Source: Macrostomum hystrix (lineage: Eukaryota; Animalia; Platyhelminthes). From it: DNA of 64,000 bases. Below, piece by piece: positions 35,471 to 48,753 of the stretch (positions are counted from its first letter, which is position 1; every line of letters begins with the position of its first letter). The translations under genes and the position numbers were made by a program. The stretch lies in the NCBI GenBank assembly GCA_950097015.1, contig CATNEN010000002.1, forward strand, positions 3,348,001 through 3,412,000, read 5' to 3'. The notes under the pieces were generated by a model. It saw only the letters and a program-made list of their open reading frames with translations. It made no database searches and had not been told where the DNA came from.

Positions 35471-37224
35471 TGTATTTGGCCTAAAAAATTCCATCACAAT
35501 ATAGTAATTAGTTTTTTGTTGTGAAAGGCCCAAAACATAGTTGTAATATATTTATGTTTCCAAACTGATAATACAACATGCCTGAGTACTTATTGCTCCT
35601 TAAGTAAATATTTGTTTGCATTTGTGTGATACTGCTCAGACAAGCCAAGCTTATGTTTCAGATATAACAATATCAGAATTCGAAGTGGCCAAGGTTGTAT
35701 TCAGTGCCCTGATGGTGCTAACACTGGCAGCAGTATCGCCTATGATGACGTCCTCCAGCAAGATGCCACTGTTCCTACCAAGACCATAAACTGGTTTGGA
35801 TCAGTACCCAGCCACAGCTGGTTGTGTGAACTGAATTAACTATTGACCAAGCTCATTGTATTTATTTTTTTTTCTATACTTTTTCTTACTTTTTCTAATC
35901 TCTATGGTTAATCCCTTGCTGCTTCTTTAGGGACTTATGTTGGGTATGCAGCTTTCATTCCACCATTAGGGCCTTTAGCCTGCCCGAATGGGCCTGTTAG
36001 CTGTTATGGAAAGGTGGCTTGTTTACAACTCATACCAAGTGTAACTTTTTCAACCTTGCGAGTAACCTCATTGTTGTTATTGATTCGTTGGCCACGCTGT
36101 CTAAAGAATTGAGTGTCGTTTTCTTAAGCTATACTTTATGATAAAATATACTTCAATTATAGTGCTTACGTTTTATTCCTTTGTTTTTCGCCTATCTAGC
36201 AGCTTCACGGATAATTATCTTGCTGTTTCTCCCAGACATGTTTCTTTTTTTCTTGATGTGATTAATATTGAATGGATGTAAAGTGCATTTATCAAGTAGT
36301 TGCAAATCTATATCATAATTTCTTTCAGCATCAGGGTTATTAAGAGTTCTTATGTTGACTCACATTCCAGTTTTAGCGCGAAAAGAAAAGAAAGAAGACG
36401 TACAGTTGAAGGGGCTGTCTCTGCAATTCATTTAAAGCAACAAAAGCTCTATTTTACTCATGCAAAACTTCTCCAGGATGCTTATGCCCTACTGATCTAA
36501 ATAAGAGGGGTGTACCTAAGTTCTTGTACTTTTGCATGCTGCTAGAAACTAATTAACATATCCTCGAAATCTTAGTGTGTTCGAACAGCGGCTGTTCAAA
36601 CATTCTATTCATTGTCATTCTATCACTTGGTGTAACAACGCGTTTTATTTATTTAAAAGTTTTAAAATTCCTTTAGTGAATCGATCAAATTCATAATGTG
36701 AGACTCACGTCATGCAGCAAACTGCCAAGAACTGTCAGAACTCTACTACAACCTTATATAGAAATTGGTAGTTAACCCAGCCACTGAAAACATGCATGTT
36801 AAAGCTTTCACGCGTCCAAAAGCTGGCTGGTTATTGTAATCCAGACTTGAATCAACTGCGTTCACTCATTTCACGCATTTCTTACTCTTAACTCAAGGGT
36901 CACCATTAAGTTACAAGACACTAAGATTAAGAATGCGACATGTCCCAAGAAGTAGAAAGCTTGACCATGCTATGAAGCATCGATGGAAACCCCAGATTTC
37001 CAAACCCATTAGACAGTGAAAATATTCAGCAAATAATACTGAAACTTTGCATACTTTAGCGATAAATTAACTAATTATCTCCAGCACTGAAACTGAACTG
37101 ACGGAATCCATCTGCTAGGGTTATCCCAAAAATAAGTTGCAATGAACAATAAAATCCAACAGTTGGAAGACTCTAAGCTTTGAAAGTAGTCAAAAGATTC
37201 CATATTAACTTTAAAAAATTGCCG

Positions 37225-39050
37225 TCAGGTCTGCCAGCCCGAACTCACATCGGACAGCAAAGGCAGCATCGCAGCAATCGATTGCCAGATGCCGCAGAGC
37301 TGAGGAATCACTGTTGTTGATCTGCTCCACAGAGGCAAACGTTGACCACGAGGGTGCTCCTTCATTATAAAAAAATGTAGAAGTCCGTTGCAGGTACCAA
37401 ATCGGGTGAATTGCGTGGTTGTGCCAAGACTGTTGTGACTGCTAGCCAAATGAGCTCCCCGACGATGTCGACTTGAAACCGTCTCCACGGGCCGGTTGGT
37501 AGTTCTGGGGTTGACCAGGTCACCTAGCTGGATCAGTTTAAAACGCCTTCTCAGACAGGATGCAAGTGTTTCAGTTCCTCACGAATGCTCCCACGTCGCA
37601 GTCAATGCGCAGCCACGAGACGATATCGTGGCTTCGCGCCTTGACTTTCGCCACGCCGAGAGGTAGCATTGATGCGCCTCAGTCAACAACAGGTCACGGA
37701 GAGAGACTGGGTCCGTGTCGTTCCTAGGAGTCTCGATGGGCCATCAGTTAAGCACGAACTGAACGACTCGCTGAGTTGACATGGTCATCGATGACCGCGA
37801 TGTCGTCCTGATAGTGCATAAAGCCACCTTCCAGGATCTTACCGATGACCTTCTGGAAGGCCGCCAGAGCTGAGCCGATTCCAAACGGCATTAACTTGAA
37901 TCGGTACAGGCAACATGCTAGATTAGGTGTGGAAACAGGTCAGGTTTTTAACGTCGTCACGCAGCGGCAGTTGCAGGTAGGAGTACGACGGTTGAGGGTG
38001 ATCCGCGAGAAAATAAACTCGTGGTAAACTCGGTAACTAGGTCAGCGAATGTCGGCAGTGACATAAATGGGACAACCGCCATGTTGATGCTGCGTAGGTC
38101 GATGCTGAGACGAAGCTTCCCGTCAGAGTTCCTGGCGCAGGTGAAATCGGATTGTCAGTAAGTAGCATCAACGTCAACCAGCTCGATGATGACATCCTCC
38201 TTCCACACTTCATCTCTGCGGCACTTGTTGCAAGGCGAGTGCCAGCCGGCGCACCCGCTGGGCTACCGACGGCACTCTCGGTTCCACCTTGGGGTGGTGG
38301 CAGAATCCCTTTATCTCTCTAAGACCCTTGCCTAAAGTATGGTACTTGGAAGGAATCTAAACTGACAATTTAAGTGAACGACGGAAGCTGGACGCCATCA
38401 AACTCGACCTGGCGTTGATCTCGCCAGCGACGCTCATGCTAGAGCCGTTGTAGGACAGCAGTTTCTTCTAGGACGGGCGCAGATAAACTCTAGATCCGAA
38501 GGTTCTGAGGCTTATCTGCACGCTGGGGATGGAAACTTAGGTGGCTGTGTCCAACCAATAACGGAATGCTGCGATCGTGGATCCTTATGTTGACTCTCTT
38601 TTAACCGCATTTCTTGCTCGACTCGACAGCGAAGATGCTCTGTTGGCTGAAGCTGTATATTTCGACGCGTTGCCGTGGTGCTGCTCTTGCACACCTTGGC
38701 GAAGTGGTTGAGCCTGTCGCACTTCGTGCACGCCTTCCCACGTCCCGCGCAGTGCAGATCACTGCCAGATATTAGACCGCCATTTCCACCATAGGTGCTG
38801 TCTGGATTGCCAGCGTACGTGAGCTCATTTTACAGGAGAAGTCATTCGCGCACCTTTATGGAGATTATCATGGAGTATTCCGAACTGGCAGTTCTTGGCG
38901 GCATGGCGTAGATTTGCAACGAAGGCTTGCTCGCCTTCACCGCTTCTCTGGACATATGGAAGTCAAAGAAGATGTTGTGCATTACCTTCAAGGAGCACTG
39001 CTTCCGTTAAACCTTCTCATGGTTCACTAATACCCTCGGAGACTAGTGAA
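37225..39050 (-). mobile_element. Degenerate Mag-like Ty3/Gypsy remnant (gag, RT, integrase) nested in the MULE
   Basis: Gag: GEQAFVANLRHAAKNCQFG and knuckle CAGRGKACTKCDRLNHFAKVCKS. RT: FCHHPKV..VAQRVRRL, DGKLRLSIDLRSIN, YRFKLMPFGIGSA..FQKVI, YQDDI. Integrase: LGVAKVKAR..WLRIDCDVGAFVRN*NTC and PWRRFQVDIVGEL. Confidence 0.85.
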
Positions 39051-39881
39051 AAATTCTTGGACATCGATGGCATACTTATTTTCATTGTTTAAAATGTCTT
39101 TTTAAAGGTAACCAAATGTGTGTTGCGCATGGGTTTTAATTCATGCTTTCTGTTCTTTTTGCTGCTTTCGCGCATCAATAGCACTTTATCTAAAATTCGT
39201 GGACTCTACGGAGACATCATTTTAAGCTGAAAATTTAAAATACCGCTTTTAGTTTTGAAGTGCATGGATTTATTGTTACCTAATTCATGACAATACGAGC
39301 GTGCGATGTAATATAGGAGCGTAATATTTATCAAATAAACCCTGGATTAGTCGTAATGTAACAGTATCACACCTAAAACTTGATCTACACAGTTTCAAGT
39401 CGTAGCAAAAATATAGGACTAATCATTGCATGCTCTGCATACCATCGGTCATGGTGAGATCAGCATTTCAAAGAGAGAAACGAACATAAAATGCCGCATC
39501 GGAAAACTAGGAATTAAAAAAATGTGATTTCCTATTTAACGTCAAATGTGAGTACGTATTGCGCTGTACCTTATTTAAGTGAAATGATTCTTACACAAGG
39601 AAACAACCGTAAGCCATTTTTTCAACGACACCATAATCCTCATTAGACATGAAGTAGTTTTTAGCTGCATGCAAAATTGTTAAGATAAAAATGAAAAGAA
39701 GTATCCAAGTCGACAGAAGATTGACCTGGGTGCTTAATCAAGATCAGCAAATAACTTGTTTTGCTACGGACGACGTACTATTAAAAGTATCACTTATGCA
39801 ATCAGAAAGCATAGAAAAGCCCGGCGCCTATAATTACAAGGGGTGTTCCATATGTAACATTTATGCGACCTTTCCTTTCAG

Positions 39882-42444
39882 ACATCTCCTAGTGTCCGTG
39901 ACAAGCACGTGCTGCAGGCACTGCAAATTTTGACGGAATCATCAGCATTCTCTGGCTCCGATTTTGTTACATCTGCTCCTTCAAGTTTGGCTTACAGCGC
40001 CCTCGCAAGCCAGTTAGATGCACTTTTTCCTGGACAGTATGGCGAAAGGGATTTAAAAACGATTCGATGCGACGTTCAACAGAACAGAAGAGAACTTAGG
40101 AGCAAAATCTCACTAGTCTTGTCCTGTGTGGACGAGCCGCCAGAGGAGCCTGCAGAAGCTGCTGATCTACAGCTACCAGAAAGTGATTCATATTTCAACG
40201 TCGCTGAAATCGACGCATTAAATAGTTACTGGACTGACCTTGAGCAGTCTGGCTCAGCTGAAAACGATCGTAGGAAGGCGCAGGATAATATATGCTATAA
40301 TGTAATATCAACTATTCAAACGACATATGTGAAAAGTTGCAGCCTCAGTGTAAAACGAAGCCACTTTGACAAGCACGGTGCTCGTACCGTCATTTACGTT
40401 TTAAAATGTTCTGTGGCATTATCGGAAGAATCCGGCGTTTGCCCAGGACAATGGCAAGTGCGAGTCAAAGCCTCTCGCGTATTGATAAGGTGCATCACAG
40501 AGCCCATAGACCACGATTTTAAGGCTGGAAAAGTGCGCGATAAAAGCTTGAAACGAAAAGTACAGAAACGATCGATTGCTGCGTTACAGGCCTCGGTTGC
40601 TGCATCTGCTCACGATGCTCGTGACATGCCGTCTAAAAAGACCTTAATTAACATTCGGCAGCATGAGAAGTCCAAACAAAAAATGTGCAAAGACAGTTCT
40701 ACTCACGATCTGATGCTTCGTATCGCACACTCAGAAACGCTATCAAAGTATGTGCAGTATACGCAATTTTCAGGAAATTTAACGCTTCTCGTCATCGCCT
40801 TGTCTCACCCTGAGTTGACGGCAGGCGTCTTTTATGCGATGAAGAAAGCAAAAGTTCCCATAAATCTAGCTATTGACTCAACTGGCGCATCAATTGCTAC
40901 AAGTAGCTGGCCAGGCTGTTTGCCTAAAAGAGTGTTCCACTATGCTCTTGTACTACCCTCAAAAGGTCAATCATGCTTGCAGGTTTCTTTGTTAGACGTG
41001 CTGTCGTGCCTTCATGATAAAGTTCAACTTACCAGCATTCTAGCTAAGTGGTGGCGAACTCTACAAGATGTCCCTGGCTACGGCCTTTTAAGAGTGGCAA
41101 AGGTAGTGACCGATTTCAATTGGCCTACTTTGCATGCCTTATTGCAGGTATTTAACGGTTTGAGTATTGAAGAATACCTAAATTGGTGCTACCTTGTTGG
41201 TCTGCAAGACGATAACGGACAATCAGGTGTGCCATCTTGGCTACGTGCTACGTTGAAGCAGGCACGTGAACGAACCGCTATCATGCTTGGTCGTAGCCAT
41301 ATTATGAATGAAGTTCGTAATTGGCCGGAAGTGAGGTCTGCACAGCCATCTGCCCGAGTGCTGTACCTGCAAGGCTTTGCTCTAATCGTCGCAAGCACAA
41401 CAGTCATGGAAGGGCGCGTCAGTCTGCAGAATCTACTGCATATCCTTCTTGAACGAGATGCCATGCAAGCGCTACCATACATTCAATCCGTGCGCAACCA
41501 ACAGGTGGACGACTCAATGGATCCAGTACTCTTAGAGCGTTCGGACGAAAGCAGTGATGAGGAGAAATCAAGGGCCACAATTCGTGCTTCCTCACGTTTT
41601 TACCACGAAGCACGCGAATTATTGCAGAGAGCAACTGTCTCATGCCATCAAGTTTCTATGAATGATGTTGTGATGGTTAATGCGTACATGAATGAAGCCT
41701 TGGCGAAAAGAATTGTGGACTTGTATGCATTCTTTCCTCTATTCAGTAGTATGATGGAAAATGCAGAACGCCATTTTACTCGAAGAGTGTCCCACGTAGT
41801 AGATTTCCGCAACACCGAAGGAAGTGTTGAAGTGTATCACAGAACAGTTCGAAGGGATGTACTTGGAGGCAGATCGCGAACCCTAATCGATGTCTTAACA
41901 TTATTGGAGGAGTTTACTCGAGGGCGTTTACGCTATCGGCTTATTGCTGGAAATACCGAGCTACGCTCTGCTGGAGATGTCGATTTGGATGCGTCATTGG
42001 CATCTGACGCCGAGCAAATGTCTATGCAGCGGGATTTTATTGCTGATGAAAATTCTGACTGTAGAGCTGACCCCATTTCTGTGGCTGCTACCCACCTACA
42101 TACTAATAGTCCTCACAGCACCGCTGACCCCGACGTTGAACAAGGCACTATCTCCGACACTGATCGGGATCCTGCTTGCGGGACGGGTCGCGGCACTCAC
42201 TGCGGCCCTGGTGCTGGAGCTGACTGCAACATTGGTCGTGGCGCTGACTGCGGCACTGGTGGTGGCGCTGACTGCGGCACTGGTGGCTCTGACTGCGGCA
42301 CTGGTGGTGGCGCTGACTGCGGAATTTATCAAGGCACTAGTCGCGATACTGGTCGCGGCGCTGTGAGTGGCGCTGGTCGCGGCGCTGGTCGCAGAGCTGG
42401 TCGCGGAGCTGGGCGCGGCGCTGGGCGCGGCGCTGGTAGCGGCA
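39882..42444 (+). CDS. MULE-like DDE transposase (open ~850 codons, probably preceded by a spliced 5' exon), ending in Gly-rich repeats
   Basis: LAIDSTG (D ~40875), KRVFHYALV, VVTDFNWPTLHALLQVFN (D ~41112), MLGRSH (H ~41298, the MULE C-x2-H position), RNTEGSVEVYHRTVRRDVL (E ~41829). Acceptor ttcctttcAG|ACA at 39881/39882 is in frame. The tail has 24-nt (GADCGTGG) and 12-nt (AGRG) repeats. Confidence 0.75.
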
Positions 42445-45348
42445 CCTGGTGGACCCCGGAGGTCGAGGACGCCGTGAAGAGCCGTCGGGCCGCGCGGGCC
42501 GCCGCCGCTGCCGATCCGAACGAGCGGCCGGCTTGGAACAAGGCCAGCGCAGACGCCAAGAAGATCATCGCCGACGCCAAGCGCGACAGCTGGAGGGCCT
42601 TCGCCGGCGAGGTGGCAGCGGACACAGACCACTCCAAGATCTGGAGAGTCGTTCGCTCCCTTGACGGCAGAAGCAACAACCTGCAGCGGGATGCAGCGCT
42701 CCGTGTGGGCCAGAAGCTCTACGTCCGACCAAAGGACATCGCCGAGGCTTACGCCAAGGAGTACGCCGCCGTGAGCCGCCTTCCGCAAGACCGCAGGACG
42801 CGCATCCTCCGCCGCGAGAACCACCGCAGCCGCGCCGCCGCACAAGCTGACAGCCCGGAGGCAGGAGACTTTAGCAAGCAATTCTCGTCTCGCGAGCTGG
42901 ACAGAGTCCTTCGCTCCCTCCCGGCCAGGAAAGCCCCAGGACCAGACGGCATCTGTGCCGAGCACCTGCAGCACCTCGGCCCCGCCGGTCGCCGGGCGGC
43001 TCTGCACGTGATCAACCAGTCCTGGGCAAAGGGGGAGGTCCCGTCTGCGTGGCGACGCGCCTACGTCGTGCCGATCCTGAAGAAGGGCAAGCCGGCCGAC
43101 GTGATTGGCTCCTACCGGCCGATCGCCCTGACCTCCGCCCTGGCCAAGCTGGCCGAGCACCTGGTCCAAGCGCGGCTCTACTAGTGGGCCGAGTCCCGGC
43201 AGCTGCTGCACCCGGCTCAGGCCGGCTTCCGCAAGCGGCGCTGCACCGAGGACCAGATCGCCAGGCTCACCCAGCTCATCAGTGATGGTCACCAGGCCAG
43301 CCCCGCCCGGCGGACTGTCGTCGTTCTGTTCGACTTCCGCAGGGCGTACGACACCGTCTGGAAGCAGGGCCTGCTGCACAAGCTCCACGCTGCGGGCATC
43401 CCGGCTGCCGGGGTCCGCTGGCTCAGCAGCTTCCTGGCCCACCGAAGGGCCGCCGTCAGGGTCGACGGCGCGACGAGCAGCTGGCGACTCTTCCGCGAGG
43501 GCTTACCACAGGGGAGCGTTCTTGCCCCGCTGCTCTTCGCGCTATTCATTAACGACCTGCCGGACCAGCTGCCGCCCGACTGCACGCCGCTCCTCTACGC
43601 GGACGACCTGGCCATTGCAGTGCAAGGCCTGACTGTGGAGGAGGCCGAGGCGAAAGCGCAGCGGGCCATCGATGCGACGGCCGAGTGGGCAAACAAGTGG
43701 CGGCTCCAGCTGGCGCCGAAGAAGTGCGCCGCATCCCTGTTCTCCACCACCGCAGGTGAGGCCAGCCGGGAGCTGCGGCTGCAGCTGAACGACGCCCCCC
43801 TCGCGACGGACCGCCAGCCCCGGTTTCTCGGCGTCATCCTGGACCGCCTGCTGAGCTTCACCGCGCACGCCGCCAACGTCGCAGGCCGCGCCCGCGCCCT
43901 GTGCGGCGTCCTGGCCGCGCTCTCCGGTAGCAGCTGGGGCGCCAAGCAGACCGACGTGCGCCGGCTCTACACTGCCTACGTGCGGCCGGTGCTGGAGTAC
44001 GCGGCCGGCGCCTGGATGCCGTCGGCCTGCAAGACGGCCATTGAGCAGCTGGACCGAGCCCAGCGCCTGTGCGCGCGCGTCATCACCGGGTGCCCTCGGA
44101 ACACCAGGTCGGAGGTGCTAGAACGAGAGGCCGGCCTGCCTTCGATGGCGGTCCGCGCCGAGATGCACGCCGGCCTTCTCCTCGAGCGCGCCCTCAGGCT
44201 CCCGCCCGACAACCCGCTGCTCGCCTGCGCGGCCGCCGAGGGCCCACGCCGCCGCCTCCAGAGCGCCCGAGGCTGGCGGGAAACGGCGACCAGAGTCAGC
44301 ACCGACGCGGGCCTGAGCGGCTACCCGCGCGAGCCCGTTTGCGTTGTCCCCGCGACGCCTCCCTGGGCCAACCTGGACACCGTCACCTTTGGTCTGCAGC
44401 TGTCCGCCCCCTCCTCCCGGTGCGACCCGCCTGAGGCACGGAGAGCGGCGGCTGAGCTAACGCTGGCAGGCCTGCCGCCCGCCCGCACGGCCATCTGGAC
44501 CGACGGAGCGGCAAAGGATGGCGTCTCGGCCGGCGGCAACGGCGCCCTGGTCGAGCCCGACACGGCACTGTGCGTCCCAGCCGGCCACGTGACGTCCAGC
44601 TTCCACGCTGAGCTGGTGGCCATCGCCGAGGCCCTCCAGTGGGTGTTGGCGGCACCGGACCCGGCCGAGCTGTCGCCGGTCCGCGTGTGCTCGGACTCCC
44701 TGAGTGCGCTGGCGGCGCTCGAGTCCGGCCCCGGCTCGACGGGCGTCACCACTGCCGATGCCATCTGGGCCAGCCTCTCCCACCTCGCAGCCGGAGGCGT
44801 CGCTGTCCACCTGCAGTGGGTCCCGGGCCACGCGCGCGGGCATCCCTGGCAACGAGGCGGTCGATGCCATTGCCAAGCGCGGCTCCGCGCTGCCGCAGGC
44901 TGAGGCCCACATCCCGATGGACCGCACCAGCTGTACCGCGCGGCGGCCGCCGACGCTGCGGGCACGAGCTCGCTGCCCTGGCACGCCGCCTGCACCTCGG
45001 GCCACCTGCCGCCTCCTCCGCCGACTGACCTCTCGCGGCGGCACGAGCGGCTGATCTGCCAGCTGCGCGCCGACCGCTGCCATGCCCTCCGGGGCTTCCA
45101 GGCCGCGATTGGCGCCCCGGTGGCCCCCACCTGCCGACTCTGTGGCGAGGGCGACGAGACGGCGGCCCACGTGCTCCTCGCCTGCCCCGCCCTGACCGCC
45201 CACCGCTGCCGCCTCTGGGGCCCCTGCCCGGAGCCCGCTGCGGTCTTTGAATGCTGTGCTTCCGTGCTGGCCCTGCTTGGGAAGGCGGGCATCATCTGAT
45301 GCCAGGTGCCATGGGCCCTGGCCCGCGCACGCCCGAAGAAGAAGAAGA
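42445..45348 (+). mobile_element. 5'-truncated, GC-rich I-group LINE with RT, RNase H and C-terminal CCHC finger; (GAA)n tail
   Basis: WWTPEV, KAPGPDGI, YRPIALTS, QAGFR, FDFRRAYDTVW, GLPQGSVLAPLLF, YADD (43596-43607), WTDGA, FHAELVAI, SDSLSAL, QWVPGH/GIPGNE, CRLCGEGDETAAHVLLAC. One TAG at 43182-43184, one frameshift at ~44835, stop at 45297-45299, GAAGAAGAAGAAGA at 45335-45348. Confidence 0.92.
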
Positions 45349-45544
45349 CCGCTAAGCACTTCGTCAGCATCTGTCCTGCCTTTATGCGGTACAGAATTAC
45401 TTACCTCGGGCCGAACACATGCATCCAGAAAGCGTGTAAATACGAAAGTTTCAATCTCGTTGATAGGTAGACGTAGATAGGGACCACCCTGGCCATCTCC
45501 ACGCTCATGACGGCGCGTTTAGCGGAATGGGCGGCATAAGACAG

Positions 45545-45790
45545 CCCGTGGAGACAGCTTTAAGGCGACATCGTCGGCAAATGAAGCTCATTTGGCTTGC
45601 AGCAACAACAGTCCTGGCACAACCACACAATTCACCCGATTCTGGGAAGTAGAGCCCTCGTGTTTAACGTTTGCCTCTGTGGAGCAGATCCAGAACTGTG
45701 ATTAATGAGCTCTGTGGCATCTGGCCATCCTGCAGCGGCTGCGATGCTGCCTTTGAAGTGAGTTCGGCGCTGGCAGAAAGACTTTGTGGC
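45545..45790 (+). mobile_element. Second, inverted copy of the Gypsy integrase remnant (inner end of the right arm)
   Basis: cccgtggagacagctttaaggcgacatcgtcggc...gctcatttggc...aacagtcctggcacaaccac...acgtttgcctctgtggagcagatc matches the reverse complement of 37225-37495. Confidence 0.8.
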
Positions 45791-47927
45791 ATTTTTGGAG
45801 CAAATATCATTTGACTATGCTTATAAAGTTTTAAGTCTTTACTGCTGGCTTTTATTTTTCACCGAAAATGACTTGGATGCCGATCGATCGGAGTAACGTT
45901 GAGCTTTCTACTCCTTGGGTCACATCCAAAATCTTAGTGATTTCTAGTAATGTAACTTCATGGTGACCTTTCGAGTTAAGCGCTCGAAATGCGCTATTAC
46001 TTCTGAACGCGGTTGAAACACAGCCACACTCAACACGTTGAGTCTGGAGTACAATGAAAGGCTGTCCAGCCAGTCAATGCTTTAACTGCTTTAACGGTGT
46101 CGGAGTTTACTCTATATTGTTTAACCAGTTGACTCCCAATTTCTATACCATTATAGAGATCCGACAGTTCAGCTGTATGAATTTGATCTTACATCAAATG
46201 ATAGAATTACAAACCCGCTGTTTAACTATACAAAGATCGTGAAGATATGTTAATTAGTTTCTAGCAGCCACGCAAAAGTACGAGTACAATAAATTATTGA
46301 GCCCCCCTCTTGACTCGGTCTGTAGGGCATATGCACCCAGTGGAAGTTCGGCTGAAATAGAGTTTTTTTGCTTTAAACGTGAAGACAGAGAGACCTTTTT
46401 AAATGTATGTTTTCTTTTTTAAGGAGCGCTAAACCTGGAATGGGAGTCGACAAAAGAACTCTTTGATGCTGAACGAAATGCTGATACTCGTATTGATTTG
46501 CTTTTGATTACTTAATAGTCGCATTTTACACAAATTCGGGAAAAACAGCAAGTCAACTCTATTATATCTGCTATATATGCTAAATAATAACGGAATAAAT
46601 CTAAAGCACTAGAAGTGTAGTATATTTTAAATGTCTAAAATGCCTTTTAATTTGACAGGACGACAAACAACACAATAGGTTCGGCAGTGTGGCTATTGAA
46701 GCGAGAAACACAGTTAGGTTAATGTTGAAAAATTGACTTTTGAAATGCATATGGGGGCGCTTTTATATTTGGCATGCATTGTAAACAAGCAACCTTTCCA
46801 TGACAGCCTACAGGCACATTTGGGCACTAAAAAACTAGCGAAAATGACACACCACATGCACTTGCATTCTTATGGTGAAACGAAAGCAGCATACCCCACA
46901 TGAACCCCGAAAAAAACAACAAGGGATTCACATAGGAGTTAGGATTATTTATAAAAAAAAGTAAATTACAATGTGCTTGGTAAATAGTTGTTCTGTTGAC
47001 ACAATCAGCTCTGGTTAAAGTGATCCGCAGAATAGCAAATGTCCAAACCAGTCCACAATGTCTAGGTGGGAATGGTGCTGGCCAATTACACTGTAGGCAA
47101 CACTGGCACAATCATGGCACTGAATCCAACCTAGGTCACTTTGCTATCTGCTATTGGCCATCTGAAACCTTGGATTGGTTTTTGTGAGTACTCACAAATA
47201 ATAAACAATTATTTCAAGAGTATTGGCTCTTATAGTTTGCACAAGGCAACATACAAACATTGTATAATTGTGTTTTTAAGTTTTTTTCACAAAATAAATA
47301 CAAATTTATACATGGAAATAGGCCTACTTAACTCAATTGACAAAATGTCTATAATAGTGTTGTGACAGCACTTTAAAGCCTAATTGAGGATGCCTACAAA
47401 ATTATATCAAATTGTTACTTCCAATGTTAAGTTGTAATAGTAGGCCTAGTAAATCATGTTGATGTTTGTTATATGCAAGTATTACCAAGACTGAATGGAC
47501 CTAAATGATTATAAATAATTTTATAAACTAAGAAGGTATTTTAATCAAATAGCCAACTCTGGTTATTCAATACAATTGGCCCAATACTTACAGATGAAAA
47601 GTTTATAGATAGAAATGATGACAGTATTTTTTTTAAAACAAGAAAGGCAATATAAGTCAAAAAGTGATTAGGCGCTACTTTATAATATGACTAGACCATA
47701 ATTTGTAACATACACTTGTACTTACTAACCTTAAAATTAGGCCTAGAAACCCAAGATATAGGCCCCTACCATTCAATGATGCATAGTAATATTTTTATAA
47801 GTTAATAAAAGATATTTTTCTAGGAATTCGAGAAATTAACAATTAAGAAACAATATTGTTGATATGTTTATTGTTAAGGAATTAATACTAGGCCAAGGTG
47901 CCTAGCCTAGGATTCATTTACTATTTA

Positions 47928-48682
47928 CTATTGGTTTTCAATTTCAATTTTCAACTTCAATTTCGCCCACAGGGAGGGGGCCATTGTGTGTAGCACTGTG
48001 TACCCAATTAGTAACTTCAATTTTGTCCTCAAAACTGGCTGCCCAAGTTAGGGTAAATCAGTTTCACAAAAAGTAAAATCTATTTCCTCTCTTCAGCACA
48101 GTGATTTGTGTTTGTGTCCACTCTGTGAAATACAGACTTAGTCCTTGCCATTGATCTTCGCAGAGGCCTACTGAATCCACCACAATGCAATTATAATAAT
48201 TCTGTTAAGTGTCAAGAGATTTATGGCCCTGTTAATTTATGACCCTATCGCACAAAATCACAATAAAAATTCAGCTAATTGGATACCATGGACACTTTCA
48301 CATCCAGCCACTCTTGAAGCTCGAATCTTATTGGAGCGAGCAACAATACGAGCTCTTTTTGTTATTTGTCTCCCACTTGGTGTCTTGCCTGAGACTTTCA
48401 AAATATATACTAAAAGTGCAGGCCCATCATGGGCTAAATTGACGTTTAAAGGTGGATGAAAAAAATGCAAGACGAAATAGGCCTAGGCCTAGAAGTTTTT
48501 GTGAAATTGATTTACTTTAACTTGGGCAGGCCAGTCTCAATGACAAAATTGAAGTTACTAATTGGGTACACACGATCAACCCCCTCCCTGTGGGCGAAAT
48601 TGAAGTTACTAATGCTAGCCGGAGAGCCACTGGGCGAAAAAGAAGTTACTTAGTTTGAAATAGAAGTTGAAAACCAATGGCA
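47928..48682. mobile_element. ~750-bp MITE-like insertion with ~150-bp imperfect inverted ends, in the right arm
   Basis: ttggttttcaa...ttcaatttcgcccacagggagggg...gtgtacccaattagtaacttcaattttgtc...ctgcccaagtta (47930-48075) is mirrored at 48495-48680. No TSD found. Confidence 0.6.
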
Positions 48683-48753
48683 AGAGTAACTTAGTAGAAG
48701 AAACCTACTTAAAAAATTAAAGTAGATATACAAGCGTTCAAGTTAATTAATAT

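Noticed and set aside
42096-45370. Several long minus-strand and alternative-frame ORFs (448, 349, 300 aa etc.)
   Set aside because: Shadow ORFs of the very GC-rich LINE; no recognisable motifs.
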